NCBI GenBank assembly: GCA_963799775.1
Contig: CAWCYD010000003.1
Span: 896,001 to 960,000, forward strand
DNA: 64,000 bases
Direction of reading: 5' to 3'
Origin: an uncultured archaeon
GTDB lineage: Archaea > Thermoproteota > Nitrososphaeria > Nitrososphaerales > Gagatemarchaeaceae
Shown: in pieces, positions 43,228 through 53,670 of the stretch
Layout of the letters: each line of letters opens with the position of its first letter
Numbering within the stretch: the stretch's first letter is position 1
Translations under genes and position numbers: made by a program
Notes under the pieces: model-generated
The model's database searches: none
Told to the model about the DNA's origin: nothing
What the model saw: the letters and a program-made list of their open reading frames with translations, nothing else

Positions 43228-44168
43228 CTTGCTAGCCTCTGCGTGAGCAACCCCCGCGCAAAGCTTAGCCCGTACACAAGGTGGGTCAGAGGGACTCCTA
43301 TTAGTATCACGGGGGCAAGCCCACCGTCATTTCTCAGGCATAATAAGAGAATTGGTATGGCGTAAACAGACAAGCCGACGAGGAGGACGAGAAGGAACAG
43401 GGGGTTTACGAAGCAAAGAGCCACTAGGAATCCAAGACCCAGGACGAGAAAAGTGGGGGCGAAATACTGAAGCCTTCTCGAGGTGTCGGGGAAACGCTTC
43501 GCGAAGAATCCCCTGTGAGTTCCATAGTTCGCAATCTGCTGAAGGTACCCTTTGAGTGTGGGTCGTCGATGATGATAGACCACGACGTCGGGTGCGAGCA
43601 ACTGCTTGAACCCCGCTTTCTTGATGTTTAGGCACAACAGGGTGTCCTCTCCAGGCCAGTAGTGCTCGTCCCATCCGCCGGCTCTTTCGACAACTTCCCG
43701 CCAAGCAATGAAGTTGACCGAGTGTATGTCGTCGGTCTCAACCAACCGCGACTCTTTGTAGCGATTGGCCAGCCCTCCGACTAGATGGGAGGAGAGCATG
43801 GAATCCTGAACTGCTGCGAATGCACCATCGCCAGGAGGAGTAAGCCCAGGGCCTCCGACAGCACCCACTCCGTCTTCTTGAAGGTATCCCACAGCTTTGG
43901 AGAGCCAATCAGACTTCGGATAGGCATCCGAATCGATGTATGCGAGAATTTCGCCCTTCCCTATAGACGCCGCAATGTTTCGCTTTTCCCCTGGAGTGAC
44001 CGGACCTGTCGGAACGACATTTGCACCTTCCACAGTAGCCGGCAGATCTGGCACCAATACAACCTCGAAGTTGGGGTAATCCATTTCGCGGCATGCCTTC
44101 AGGCATTCCATAGTCATCTTGTCGATTCGCCGGCACGGGATGATGACGGTCACCAATGGCGTTTCCAT
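43224..44168 (-). CDS. GT2 glycosyltransferase with C-terminal TM helices
   Basis: YIDSDAYP (DxD), GGWDE...GED and VYHHRR motifs. ATGA overlap with the radical SAM gene. Confidence 0.88.
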   Translation of the reverse strand: METPLVTVIIPCRRIDKMTMECLKACREMDYPNFEVVLVPDLPATVEGANVVPTGPVTPGEKRNIAASIGKGEILAYIDSDAYPKSDWLSKAVGYLQEDGVGAVGGPGLTPPGDGAFAAVQDSMLSSHLVGGLANRYKESRLVETDDIHSVNFIAWREVVERAGGWDEHYWPGEDTLLCLNIKKAGFKQLLAPDVVVYHHRRPTLKGYLQQIANYGTHRGFFAKRFPDTSRRLQYFAPTFLVLGLGFLVALCFVNPLFLLVLLVGLSVYAIPILLLCLRNDGGLAPVILIGVPLTHLVYGLSFARGLLTQRLAR

Positions 44169-44175
44169 CTTCGAG

Positions 44176-44415
44176 TCAACCGCCTGGTTCGTAGATCGAT
44201 CTCAGTTTTGAGCTCAACTTTCTTGTTTCGCCAATATCGAATCTTGGCCCGATGGCATTCAGTCTCCGGTCGAACTCCTTGGCTTCAAGAATCAAGACCT
44301 CATTCGAGGTGCCTTTGGGCGCAAACTTCAGGAATCGCTTCACTTGAAGAACCAGGTCGCGGTATCGCATCCTTTCCTGGGCAATTGTCACAGCAGTATC
44401 CTTCGAATCGCTCAT
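44176..44415 (-). CDS. Small hypothetical protein
   Basis: 79-aa ATG ORF filling the gap in a co-directional operon. No motif recognised. Confidence 0.5.
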   Translation of the reverse strand: MSDSKDTAVTIAQERMRYRDLVLQVKRFLKFAPKGTSNEVLILEAKEFDRRLNAIGPRFDIGETRKLSSKLRSIYEPGG

Positions 44416-44460
44416 GAAGATTCAGTCTTCGACTAGCATCGATGCAGGGCCGTCATGAGG

Positions 44461-45264
44461 TCAAATGGGGATTACGGGCTTGTAACTTAGCGACGGATTG
44501 TTCAAGTTCTTTTGGTACCATTTCAGAACTCGCAGCCTATAGACTATGCCTAACAAGTCAACTATCATGTACATTATTGCCCGCTTGCTGAAGGCCGAGG
44601 TCTGCTCTATCTTGACTGGAAACTCGGCAACTCGCAGCCTTAGGAGGTCGGCCACCGCAAGTATCTCGACGTCATAGGCGTACCTCTTTACCGAAATCAC
44701 CCCCATGATGCGTCTAAAGTGCTCGCCGCGCATCGCCTTCAGGCCTGTCTGAGAGTCAGTGAACCTGATTCCCGTTAGCAGTCTCATCGTTTTATTGAAG
44801 CTCACGCTCAGAAACTTTCTCATGAGGGGTGCCCTGTAAACAGAATCAGGATGCCGTTTTGATGCGATGCATATGTCGTAGTTTCTCAGCGCTTCTACGT
44901 ATTGCCTGACATGCGAAGGGTCGATATCCAGGTCTCCGTCCATAACAATAACAGCTCCACCGCGAACTTTCTCCGCTGCTTTCTTCACGGCATTGCCCTT
45001 TCCTCGGTTGATCGGTATTCTCACGGCGACGACCGAAGGGTTCTCTTTTGCCAGTGACCGCAATCGCCGATAGGTATCGTCCGTCGAGCCGTCATCGACC
45101 ACGACTATCTCGAAAGACTCCACCGCCTTGGACGCAGCCTCCGAAATCTTCTGCAAGGTAGCCGAGATGGTATCTCCCTCGTTGTACGCCGGGATTACTA
45201 TCGAAAGCTCTGGGCGCTCCCTGCTTGAGCCATGGACGAGTTCCTTCGTGACAGGCTGCATCAT
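44461..45264 (-). CDS. Polyprenol-phosphate glycosyltransferase (GT2, DPM1/ALG5-like)
   Basis: IPAYNE, VDDGSTD, NRGKG, MDGDLD, DSQTGLK and YAYDVE motifs. Confidence 0.88.
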   Translation of the reverse strand: MMQPVTKELVHGSSRERPELSIVIPAYNEGDTISATLQKISEAASKAVESFEIVVVDDGSTDDTYRRLRSLAKENPSVVAVRIPINRGKGNAVKKAAEKVRGGAVIVMDGDLDIDPSHVRQYVEALRNYDICIASKRHPDSVYRAPLMRKFLSVSFNKTMRLLTGIRFTDSQTGLKAMRGEHFRRIMGVISVKRYAYDVEILAVADLLRLRVAEFPVKIEQTSAFSKRAIMYMIVDLLGIVYRLRVLKWYQKNLNNPSLSYKPVIPI

Positions 45265-46277
45265 TCGACGATTAGACTCCGTCTAAAGTATTCTATTGTG
45301 TGTTTCATTCCCTCTTGCAGGCCTACGGTGGGCTCCCATCCGAGCTTGCGGATCCTGGAAATATCAGGGCACCTTCGATGTGGATCGTCTTCACGAGGGT
45401 CCGAATAGACAAGCTTCGACACGCTTTTGGTTGCGCGCATGATCTCTTGCGCCAGTGCCATGACGGAAATCTCGTTGGGATTCCCTATATTCGCGATCAT
45501 CCCATCGGCATCTGCCGCAGCGAGCATCATCAGGCCCCTCACTGTATCTGTGACGTAACAGAAGCTCCGCGTCTGCATGCCCTTGCCGTGAATCGTGACG
45601 GGGGCATTGGTCAGGGCCTGAATAATGAATCTGGGCACTACTCTTGCGTAGATTCCGTCAGACCTGATGCGAGGACCGTATGTGTTGAAAATTCGAGGTA
45701 TTCTCACCTTCGACTTGTATTGCCTGAAGTAGGCCATGCAGAGAGCCTCACCGAACCGCTTTGCCTCGTCATAGCAGGATCTGACGCCGACAGAACTGAC
45801 ATTCCCGAAGTAGGATTCAGATGTCGGAACCTGCACGGCATCTCCGTAGACCTCGGAAGTTGACGCGAAGAGCAGTGTCCCATTGCATCGCCTTGTTAGC
45901 TCCAGCATCCGAGATGTACCAGCTGAATTTGCCATTAGAGTTTCGAGAGGAAACTTCTGGTATTCCTCGGGAGAAGCGCGACTTGCCAAATGAAAGATGT
46001 AATCATACTTGCCTTCGAAGGTCGCAGACTCGACGTCGGCGCGAATCAATGTGATTTTGTCTCGGACTTGGCTAATATTTTCCATCAAGCCGGTGGAGAA
46101 GTTGTCCAGACAATCAACCGATGCCCCGCACTCGACGAGGGAATTTACCAACCAGCTCCCGACAAACCCCGCTCCGCCAGTTACGAGGATTCGAGATTGC
46201 GAGTAAACAGGGCTGAACTGCTTTGCCAGCTCCCGGATGATCCGAGATTCGCTTTCTTCAATCACATTCCAAGACAT
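45261..46277 (-). CDS. UDP-glucuronate decarboxylase (UDP-xylose synthase)
   Basis: HLASRASP, ASTSEVYGD, RSCYDEAKR, RIFNTYGPR and DDPHRRCPDI motifs. Confidence 0.92.
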   Translation of the reverse strand: MSWNVIEESESRIIRELAKQFSPVYSQSRILVTGGAGFVGSWLVNSLVECGASVDCLDNFSTGLMENISQVRDKITLIRADVESATFEGKYDYIFHLASRASPEEYQKFPLETLMANSAGTSRMLELTRRCNGTLLFASTSEVYGDAVQVPTSESYFGNVSSVGVRSCYDEAKRFGEALCMAYFRQYKSKVRIPRIFNTYGPRIRSDGIYARVVPRFIIQALTNAPVTIHGKGMQTRSFCYVTDTVRGLMMLAAADADGMIANIGNPNEISVMALAQEIMRATKSVSKLVYSDPREDDPHRRCPDISRIRKLGWEPTVGLQEGMKHTIEYFRRSLIVE

Positions 46278-46481
46278 CCATTGTCGCGCCGCAATCTAGA
46301 ATCCGCTCGCGGTCAGCACGAACATCAACCGCTGAAGCGAACAGCGACAATCCGCCGATTGTTGGCGAATCGTTCGTATATGAAAGCTTTTCACCCGATT
46401 TTTCATGAATAGTTCCTGAACACGGCAATTCGAGCATAAATTTCGGTGCTTCGAAACCGCGTTCATGCATTTTCTCAGTTG

Positions 46482-47631
46482 TCAGGAGTGCTCACTAACC
46501 ACGAGTCGATATAAGCTCTCCACGCTTTCTGTAACTCGGTCCCAGTCGTTCGCCTCGGCAAAATGCCTCGCCTCAATTCCCATCCGCTTCCTCGCTTGAT
46601 CGTCCCGGAACAACTCGACGATGGCCCTCGCGAGGTCACCTTGGCTCATTGGGTTGGACCAGAATCCCCGTCTTGTGGTCCGAGATTACATCTACGATGC
46701 CTCCAACTCGGGAACCGATAACAGGCCTGCCTGTTGACATCGCCTCGAGCAGCGCAAGTCCGTATCCCTCGGAACTGTCCTGACTGGGAAGCACGAACAA
46801 ATCACACGCTGCATAATACTTCGGAAGCATCTCTTCAGAAACGCTCCCGATGAAGGAGACCATTCGCTCAATTCCCAGGTCCGTGGCCAGTTTCTTGTTG
46901 TAATCTGCAAGCTCTCCACCCCCCACTACAATCAGGTGAGAATCGGGGATTTCACGGCTTGCCACTTCAAAGGCCCTAATCAAATTATCCAAACCTTTGT
47001 AGGCGTGCCACCGCGTGAGCGCCCCGACGAACAGAACAACCTTCTTGCCGGAAAGTCCGTGCAATGCTCTAATCGATTGTCCGTCAACAGACGGATTGAA
47101 TCGGCTGGTGTCGACGCCATTGGAGATTACTACCACCTTCTCAGAATGACTTTGGAGAATAGGAGAGTTTCTTGCATACGCTGCAGTCGTGGCGATGATT
47201 CTCTGATACTGGCTCAGATACAATGGAGCGAACACATCGTGGATTCGCACCAGCACTCCAGCCGCGGAGGTGACCCGCGGCAGATCGTTGTGCCATGTTA
47301 GGATGGCCGGAATCCTGCGCACTCTGCTAAGAAAGGCAAACATCGCCGAGAGATATGGGCTTGGGAAATTGCAATGGATGACATCATAATTCTCGAAGAA
47401 CAAGTTCAACGGCGACACCGCGATTGGAGTCCCATACAGCCTAATCGGCGCTCGCATTCTCCTCACTCGGACTCCAGCTTCAATGGTCTCGCCGACAGGT
47501 AGGGGATTGTGGGCACAGTAGACTGTGACGTCATGCCCGCGCTTGGCTAGACGGCGAGAAAGACTGCTCACATAAGTCTCCGCCCCCCCTATCCAAGGAG
47601 GATAGAAGCTATTGACGATGCAAATCCTCAT
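46482..47631 (-). CDS. GT4 glycosyltransferase, frameshift near 46640
   Basis: YPPWIGGAE, NGVD, KGLD and EGYGLALLEAM motifs. C-terminus GDLARAI..MGIEAR..DWD continues in another frame to TGA at 46482. Confidence 0.9.
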
Positions 47632-47673
47632 TTGGGGCCCGTGACTTCGATTCTCTAGGCGTCATCAGCCGGG

Positions 47674-49243
47674 TCATGAACCTTTACTGAGTTGAAGAAC
47701 TCTTCTCTCGAAACCAAGAAAGGCTTCGAAGACCCTTCGCAGCGGACCCAGTGTCTCGACCGCGATGGACAGTCGAACAAGGTCATCATTATTCAGGCCT
47801 CTGAAGAGCGGGACGGCCACGAGATACACTGGCAAGAAGACGACAGCCGCAAAAACGACCCCCCAGATTGACGAGAAGCCGCCAAGGGGAATCAGCGCGA
47901 CTGCAATCCACGCGACGAGCCCCGCCAAGAATATGCCAACCAGAGGGAGTGGAGCAAGTCGCACGTCCAGATATTTCATCGCCAACGCCAGGCCTGGAGT
48001 CACAATGGCGAGATTCGAGACAAGCAGAGCTATCATCAGCCCCTGAGCTCCTAGGCCAAGGCCAAGGATGAGGACCAGACTTGCGAGAACGAATGCCACA
48101 GCACTTGTAATCGATATCACCAGTGTAAAACGACTCTTTCCAACTCCGTTCATGAAGGAGGGGATTACCGTGAGCCCGGCCGCAATCGGAAGGTTCGAAA
48201 CCGCGACAAGTTTTAGCAGGACTATGCCACCCGAATAGGCGTGGCTGTAAAAAAGGTCGAAGAGGGGCGAGGCAGCCGCCAAGATGAAGAAGATGATCGG
48301 CGTCAGTATTAGGGAGACGTACTTCACCGAGTATGAGAAAGCCAAGGAGATATCCTCCTTGAGCCCGTGAAGTTCCGCGAAGGAGCGAAAGAGTGAATTC
48401 GCGACTGCCCCCGAAATCACGCCCACGGGCGTAATGACGTTAGCAGCCGCCTGATAGTAGCCGACCACAGTGTCGCTCACGGCAGAAGCGAGTATAACCA
48501 CTGAGTATTGAGCGGCTAGCCCAAGGATGATGCTTCCCACGAAGAGAGGAAAGCCGTACTTGACCATCGCCTTCAGGTTCCTCCAGGAAGTGACTCACGG
48601 CTCCGATTGGAACCCGAATTCGGAGAACGTAAATCGCGATGCACGCGACGGCACCTTGTATAATATACGATGCGACGTGGCCCACCACCGCCCCGTATAC
48701 CCCGAATCCCGCCAAGACTAGACCCGCTCCAACCGTCAGCTTTAGCAGAGCCTGAAGAATCGCATAGAGACTCACCTGCGTCATGGAGTTCCATCCGATG
48801 AGAGCTGAAGTCGCGGTCTGGGCCACGGTTACCGCCGCAACGTAGATGGACGAAACCCAGACATACTGGATAAGCTCTGGCCTGTGGAGAAACGCGCTCA
48901 CAAAGTACGGAGCTGCGAGGAAGTTTAATCCGGACAGTGCAAGCCCGAACATCAGAGTGAATAGAATAGCCGTTCTCGTCATGCTCGCAGCCTTCTCTCG
49001 CTCTCCAGTCGAAAGGGAGAAGGCAACATATCGTGTCACGGCGGTCCCCACGCCAAGACCGACGAAGAGAGTGAGAATCGACGGAGCCAAGAAGACAAGG
49101 GTGTAAGCCCCATAGCCGGGTGGCCCGAGCAGTCTTGCTATCACAATTGTCGCAATCGTGAGTATGCCCGTCGAAACGAAGTTGCCCGCGAAGAGAATGA
49201 AACTTCCCCGCGAGGTCGCCTGAGCGACGCTGGTAGACGACAA
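47674..49243 (-). CDS. Wzx/MOP-family oligosaccharide flippase, frameshift near 48575
   Basis: IARLLGPPGYG, TRYVA, KYGFPL and VGYYQAA motifs, polytopic hydrophobicity. Confidence 0.88.
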
Positions 49244-49301
49244 ACGATTACTCCCGCCTTGAGCTCGTATATTTGCTCACAAAAACCAGATACCCTTCGG
49301 C

Positions 49302-50183
49302 CTAGTCCGCGCCTTTGCGGAGGACAGTCGAGAGAGTGAAGAGGATGATCCCGGTGAAGAAAGTGAAGAGGCCGAAGATGCCGATGGAGAATCCCGTCAA
49401 TGCGTAAGTGATTACCAAGTTGGTGAGGAGACCCTGTCCGAGGAAAAGGAGGTAGGCGTGGACGACGAAGTAGAATCCAAGAATCGTGATCAGCATGCCC
49501 GGTATGCCATAGAAGGTCATCGGGTGCCTAATTGAAGTCAGCTTTATCGCGCTGGTCAGAACGTCGATTGTGTGATAGATTGGGTTGTGGGTGGATGTCT
49601 TGCCAATGCCGTACCTCACGGAGATCGGCACTTCCATGATCTTCATGCCCTGCCTGGACGCGTCCATCAAAATCTCGGAGTCGACGCCCATTCCCGTCTC
49701 GGAGGGTCGCAGCGACTGGATTGCCTTCTTGTTGTACGCCCTGAACCCGGATTGAGTATCGGAAATCCCGGATATGGTGACTGCATTCAGTAGTCTATTC
49801 CCCACGCGCCTGTGAGTTGGAATCCCCACGTTGCTGTCGTGAAATCGGGCTCCAATCACTATGTCAGCTTCCCCCCTCATCAATGGCTCGACAAGCTGGG
49901 GTATCTCGGCGGGCTCGTGCTGGTCGTCACCATCCAACGTTACCATGATGTCGGCCCCCATCGTCCTGCATTCGGCGAACAAGGAACGAAAAGCCTCTCC
50001 CTTGCCCATGTTCTGCTCGTGGCGTATCACCTTTGCACCCAGCTTCTCCGCGATGTCAGCGGTCATATCCTTGGATCCATCGTCGCAAACGAGCACCTGG
50101 TCAACGTAATCCTGCGCCCTAACCACGACCTTTCCGATAGTCCTCTCTTCATTGAACGCGGGGATGCATGCTACCTTAATCAA
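49302..50183 (-). CDS. Polyprenol-phosphate glycosyltransferase (GT2, DPM1/AglJ-like) with two C-terminal TMs
   Basis: IPAFNEE, DDGSKD, NMGKG, LDGDDQH and DTQSGFRAY motifs. Confidence 0.9.
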   Translation of the reverse strand: MIKVACIPAFNEERTIGKVVVRAQDYVDQVLVCDDGSKDMTADIAEKLGAKVIRHEQNMGKGEAFRSLFAECRTMGADIMVTLDGDDQHEPAEIPQLVEPLMRGEADIVIGARFHDSNVGIPTHRRVGNRLLNAVTISGISDTQSGFRAYNKKAIQSLRPSETGMGVDSEILMDASRQGMKIMEVPISVRYGIGKTSTHNPIYHTIDVLTSAIKLTSIRHPMTFYGIPGMLITILGFYFVVHAYLLFLGQGLLTNLVITYALTGFSIGIFGLFTFFTGIILFTLSTVLRKGAD

Positions 50184-51456
50184 GTGCGGGCACCAATCAG
50201 ACAGTTCTTACCTCAAGCTTCTTCCAAAGTCTTTAAGTCTTATCGTAGCGAACACAAGAATCACGTCTCTTCCGCAGAGAGCAAGAAGCTACTTCAGGAC
50301 AAACTGGGGATCGCCCTTCGTCATCGCCTTCATCGTCCTCCTCTTGATTTCCGCAGCGGAACTGGCGGCCGGACTCACGAACGCAGCAGACTCGGACGCT
50401 GTGTACGCGTTCTCCGCCCTAATCGTTGGAGTCGCGCTGCAGATAGCCTCATACGTGAAATATGGTGAAACGGGCCTGCCCCAGACTTTCATACCTGCGC
50501 CCCCTGCCCCCCCATCTCATGGCGGGTTCTCAGGGAGAACCAAGCTAGCGGCGCTCATCATAGTAATTTTGGTCCTCGTGGGAGGAATCTTCATAGGATA
50601 TCCCACGCTGTTCCCTGGAGCTCCGTCCCCAACCTTGACGGGGCATTCGAGCACAGCGACCTCGGCCTCAGGCTCCTCAGGCTGCTCAGGAAGCTCGGAT
50701 GATGGGACGATCTTCGTATCCTCCGGCATCTCCTTGTCCATCGAGATTTGTGGGCGCAGTTATCAAGTGACCGCCGGGGCAGGAGGAGGGCTGACCTACC
50801 AATTCGATGCAGGGCCTGCAACGTTCGTCGCCCCCCAGTCTGTTGACGGCAGTCAGTTCGAGTTTTGGTATGTCCTCCTAGCTGGAAGCACGCCGCAGCG
50901 TTTGAACGATTCGATGATGACTTTGAACCTGCCCGGCGGCCTCTCTTCGCAAAGCTCCTTGATCGAGCTATTCTACTCGGCACCTCCGACGAGCGTAACA
51001 AACTCCACGACCTACAGTTCCACGACTTCGAGCTCATCGTCGCAATCCTTCTCATCGGTCACAACTTCTTCCCCGACTGTAACGGGCACCTCGACCAATA
51101 TCTCAACGGGGACGAACAGCACAACCAGTTCGACAAGTACATCGACGTCGGTATCGACAATCAATGCCTGCGGGGGGACAGACGGGACGTTCTACATCTC
51201 GACCAATCTAGCTCAGTCTGTCCCTCTTTCCATCTGCGGACAGGAGATTCAGGTCATGCAAGGCGGTCTCGACATTCAGTATCAGGCGGGTCAGATCCCT
51301 CTTGTGGCGCCATCAACCGCCGGTGGTCTCACTTTCCAGTACTGGTCGTTCATTCTCGGCCCTAACCAGTACACGGAGACGACTGCCCAGATCACTCTCC
51401 CTCTGAGCGCTGGGTACACCCCTCAGCAGGTAACCGTGGAAGCGTTCTATGGTTAA
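50152..51456 (+). CDS. Membrane-anchored surface protein with a duplicated extracellular domain and Ser/Thr-rich linker (true start probably near 50260)
   Basis: Three N-terminal hydrophobic segments (NWGSPFVIAF...GVALQIASY), two homologous C..DGT...ICG...APxxxxGxxFxxW...FY units, separated by an S/T tract with N-x-S/T sequons. Confidence 0.75.
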   Translation: MNAGMHATLIKCGHQSDSSYLKLLPKSLSLIVANTRITSLPQRARSYFRTNWGSPFVIAFIVLLLISAAELAAGLTNAADSDAVYAFSALIVGVALQIASYVKYGETGLPQTFIPAPPAPPSHGGFSGRTKLAALIIVILVLVGGIFIGYPTLFPGAPSPTLTGHSSTATSASGSSGCSGSSDDGTIFVSSGISLSIEICGRSYQVTAGAGGGLTYQFDAGPATFVAPQSVDGSQFEFWYVLLAGSTPQRLNDSMMTLNLPGGLSSQSSLIELFYSAPPTSVTNSTTYSSTTSSSSSQSFSSVTTSSPTVTGTSTNISTGTNSTTSSTSTSTSVSTINACGGTDGTFYISTNLAQSVPLSICGQEIQVMQGGLDIQYQAGQIPLVAPSTAGGLTFQYWSFILGPNQYTETTAQITLPLSAGYTPQQVTVEAFYG

Positions 51457-51467
51457 GGTCGGCCCGC

Positions 51468-52403
51468 TTAATTGTCGAGTCTAAATCTCAGACCATCGAT
51501 TGTTCCCTTTAGGAAGCTAGCCGCGGTCTTTGTCCTTCCATCCGTCGTGCTCAGAGGGTGATGTACCAAGTAGTATGCGGAGATGAACGGGAGTATGCAG
51601 AAAGAATAGAAGGCTAAGTCCCGCTTCTTGTAGTATCTCTTCAGGACGATGATCCTATTCCTCTCAGTGTAGTAGGCTCTCGTGCTGTCGATGTGCACCA
51701 GCGACCACCCTAGGTCGTGCCAGTCTTTCGCGGAGGGGTTGACCATTGCCACGTAACCCGCATTGCTCAGCTTGTGCGCAAAGTCCACCTCGCTGAACCT
51801 GATGGGAAGGTTCGCGCAGTCGAAGCCGTGAAGCTGCTCGAAGACCTCGCGTTTCACCACGAACGAATTGTGAAATGAGAAAGTGCGCGCCTCCGCGCTC
51901 GGAACGTCTGTGTGAAGCGTGTAGAAGCCCGGGAGCCTGCCTCTCGAGATGGTCGAGGTCCAGACGGTCGAAGGTCGTGCGAGATAGTAAATCATCGGGG
52001 CGGCGACTGCAGTGCGGGTCGAATTCCCTAGTGTCTCCACGAGCAGGCGGATCGCGTCCGGGGCGACGACGTTGTCATCGTCGAGGAAGAAGAGGTAGCT
52101 GCCCTTGGAGGCTGCCGCGCCGATGTTCCTGGAGCAGGAGAGCAGCATCCTCCTTTCGTTGCGGATGAACCTGGCGGAGGGGAACCTTGCTGAAAGAGCC
52201 GGTTCGACGGGCTCCGTTGACGCGTCGTCGACTACTATGACTTCGAGGTCTCGATGGTCGCTCGCGTAGACCGATTCGAGGCAGCGCGTCAGCTTGTCGT
52301 TCCTGTTCCGCGTTGGGATGATGACCGATACGAGCCTGCCCGCGGGATTCGCGCCTGTCGCCGAAGGCCGCTCCACGGCCGGCGTCTTGGATTCACTTGC
52401 CAA
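51468..52403 (-). CDS. GT2 family glycosyltransferase
   Basis: IIPTRNR, VVDDAS, FLDDDN and GFD...SEVDF motifs. Confidence 0.9.
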   Translation of the reverse strand: MASESKTPAVERPSATGANPAGRLVSVIIPTRNRNDKLTRCLESVYASDHRDLEVIVVDDASTEPVEPALSARFPSARFIRNERRMLLSCSRNIGAAASKGSYLFFLDDDNVVAPDAIRLLVETLGNSTRTAVAAPMIYYLARPSTVWTSTISRGRLPGFYTLHTDVPSAEARTFSFHNSFVVKREVFEQLHGFDCANLPIRFSEVDFAHKLSNAGYVAMVNPSAKDWHDLGWSLVHIDSTRAYYTERNRIIVLKRYYKKRDLAFYSFCILPFISAYYLVHHPLSTTDGRTKTAASFLKGTIDGLRFRLDN

Positions 52404-52773
52404 GCGAGAGCGTCAAGGTCTCCTTCGGCCCGTCAAGGTTCGCGACCATGGTTCTGAGCGCCTCCCTCCCCAGAAGCCTTCCGTGAAGGTGAGGCGAGGA
52501 GTGCACTCGTGTGGAGATGCGCACGGAGTCGATCGTCACGTCTGACAGCGCGGTGTAGACAACAATCCTCCTAGAGTCTGGCAAGACCGCGGCGTAGCTC
52601 TCGGGCACAAGCCTGCTCGTCAAGCCCAGAGACTGAAAGACGGCGAAGGGCAGAAGGACGCCTCCAGAGAAGCCCGTGTCCACGGCGAGCTCCATGGTGA
52701 AAGCGCCAATCGTCGCCTTGACCACGGGCGCGCTGGGTTCATGCTCCCTGCTGTATTTCCAGGTCAGGTCCAA
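52393..52773 (-). CDS. Clan AA (retropepsin-like) aspartic protease
   Basis: AVDTGFSG catalytic motif and LLGRE C-terminal motif. TTG start at 52773 after GAGGGAG. Confidence 0.8.
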   Translation of the reverse strand: MDLTWKYSREHEPSAPVVKATIGAFTMELAVDTGFSGGVLLPFAVFQSLGLTSRLVPESYAAVLPDSRRIVVYTALSDVTIDSVRISTRVHSSPHLHGRLLGREALRTMVANLDGPKETLTLSLGK

Positions 52774-53128
52774 GGAATATCTCCCTCTGGGCGGGACGGC
52801 CGTCGACCACGAAGGTGAGGGCGAGGCGGAACCTCGAAGCAAACTTGCAGGCGCGGTCGTATGACTCGAAGACCCCCTGCAACCGCCCAAGACTGACGAC
52901 CACGGCCTTTCCACGGTGGGGCTCGAACTCCTCCTTCCACCTTCTTCGCACGAGCTCAAGGTTGGTCTGGTGCTCCCTCGCCATGGCGACCTCCGCCTCA
53001 CCCTCCGTCCACCTTGCAAGGGCCTCGCTCACTGCCCGGCCCATCGAGATGCCTTCGAGCGCCGCAATCGCCTTGGCCCGGCGATATGCTTCGGCGTCCA
53101 CCCCCTTTATCATGACGTCCTTTGGCAT
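52739..53128 (-). CDS. RHH-type DNA-binding domain fused to a DUF5678-like domain
   Basis: MPKDVMIKGVD..YRRAK..AALEG.SMG.AV.EAL (RHH-like), then EPHRGKAVVV..G.L.GVFESYD.A (DUF5678-like pattern). Confidence 0.65.
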   Translation of the reverse strand: MPKDVMIKGVDAEAYRRAKAIAALEGISMGRAVSEALARWTEGEAEVAMAREHQTNLELVRRRWKEEFEPHRGKAVVVSLGRLQGVFESYDRACKFASRFRLALTFVVDGRPAQREIFLGPDLEIQQGA

Positions 53129-53140
53129 GGGCGGATTATA

Positions 53141-53515
53141 CTAGTTAGACATGTTATATAAGGATAACCTGTGGCCAATTGGAAACTCGAGCAGGCCACT
53201 CTGACTCGCTGCACGCCCTTGGCGTCGGGCGACGCCTCTCGTCACTTGACTGAGGTATCGAGAAAGACTTTCGTTCAATGCCGCCTCCGCTTCCTGCACT
53301 CGAGGTCTGATCTTCTTCATGTCCTTGGAGAAATTGTCGAAGGCCCCTCGCACCTTCTCTCTGTCGGCTCTCGCGCCTGCGACCTTCTTGATCATGATCG
53401 AATCATCAGGAGATTCCTCGAACACGACCGCGTCCCCTGGTCGAATCCCTGTTCTCTCGGCAAGCCTCTTCGGTATTGTGACGTGCATCTTTCGCCTCGC
53501 CCGATATTGCCTCAA
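53141..53515 (-). CDS. AbrB/MazE-type antitoxin, C-terminus running into a deleted toxin remnant
   Basis: HVTIPKRLAERTGIRPGDAVVFEE swapped-hairpin signature. Confidence 0.75.
   Translation of the reverse strand: MRQYRARRKMHVTIPKRLAERTGIRPGDAVVFEESPDDSIMIKKVAGARADREKVRGAFDNFSKDMKKIRPRVQEAEAALNESLSRYLSQVTRGVARRQGRAASQSGLLEFPIGHRLSLYNMSN
53190..53275 (-). pseudogene. Remnant of a PIN/VapC toxin
   Basis: KVFLDTSV (PIN N-terminal motif) overlapping the antitoxin end, then an immediate stop and SDE..VARRQG resembling a PIN C-terminus. Confidence 0.5.
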
Positions 53516-53670
53516 GTCCTACTTTCTTGCTTTACGCGCCAATAAAAGGATGAGTGACCGATCAGTCCGCGCTTGATCATGATTGAGGCTTGTGACGTCG
53601 GTTTCACCGATTGTGATATCAACCCGGCAGTTCACTGGCCACGGGAGACCGATGAATTGCACGCACACGC

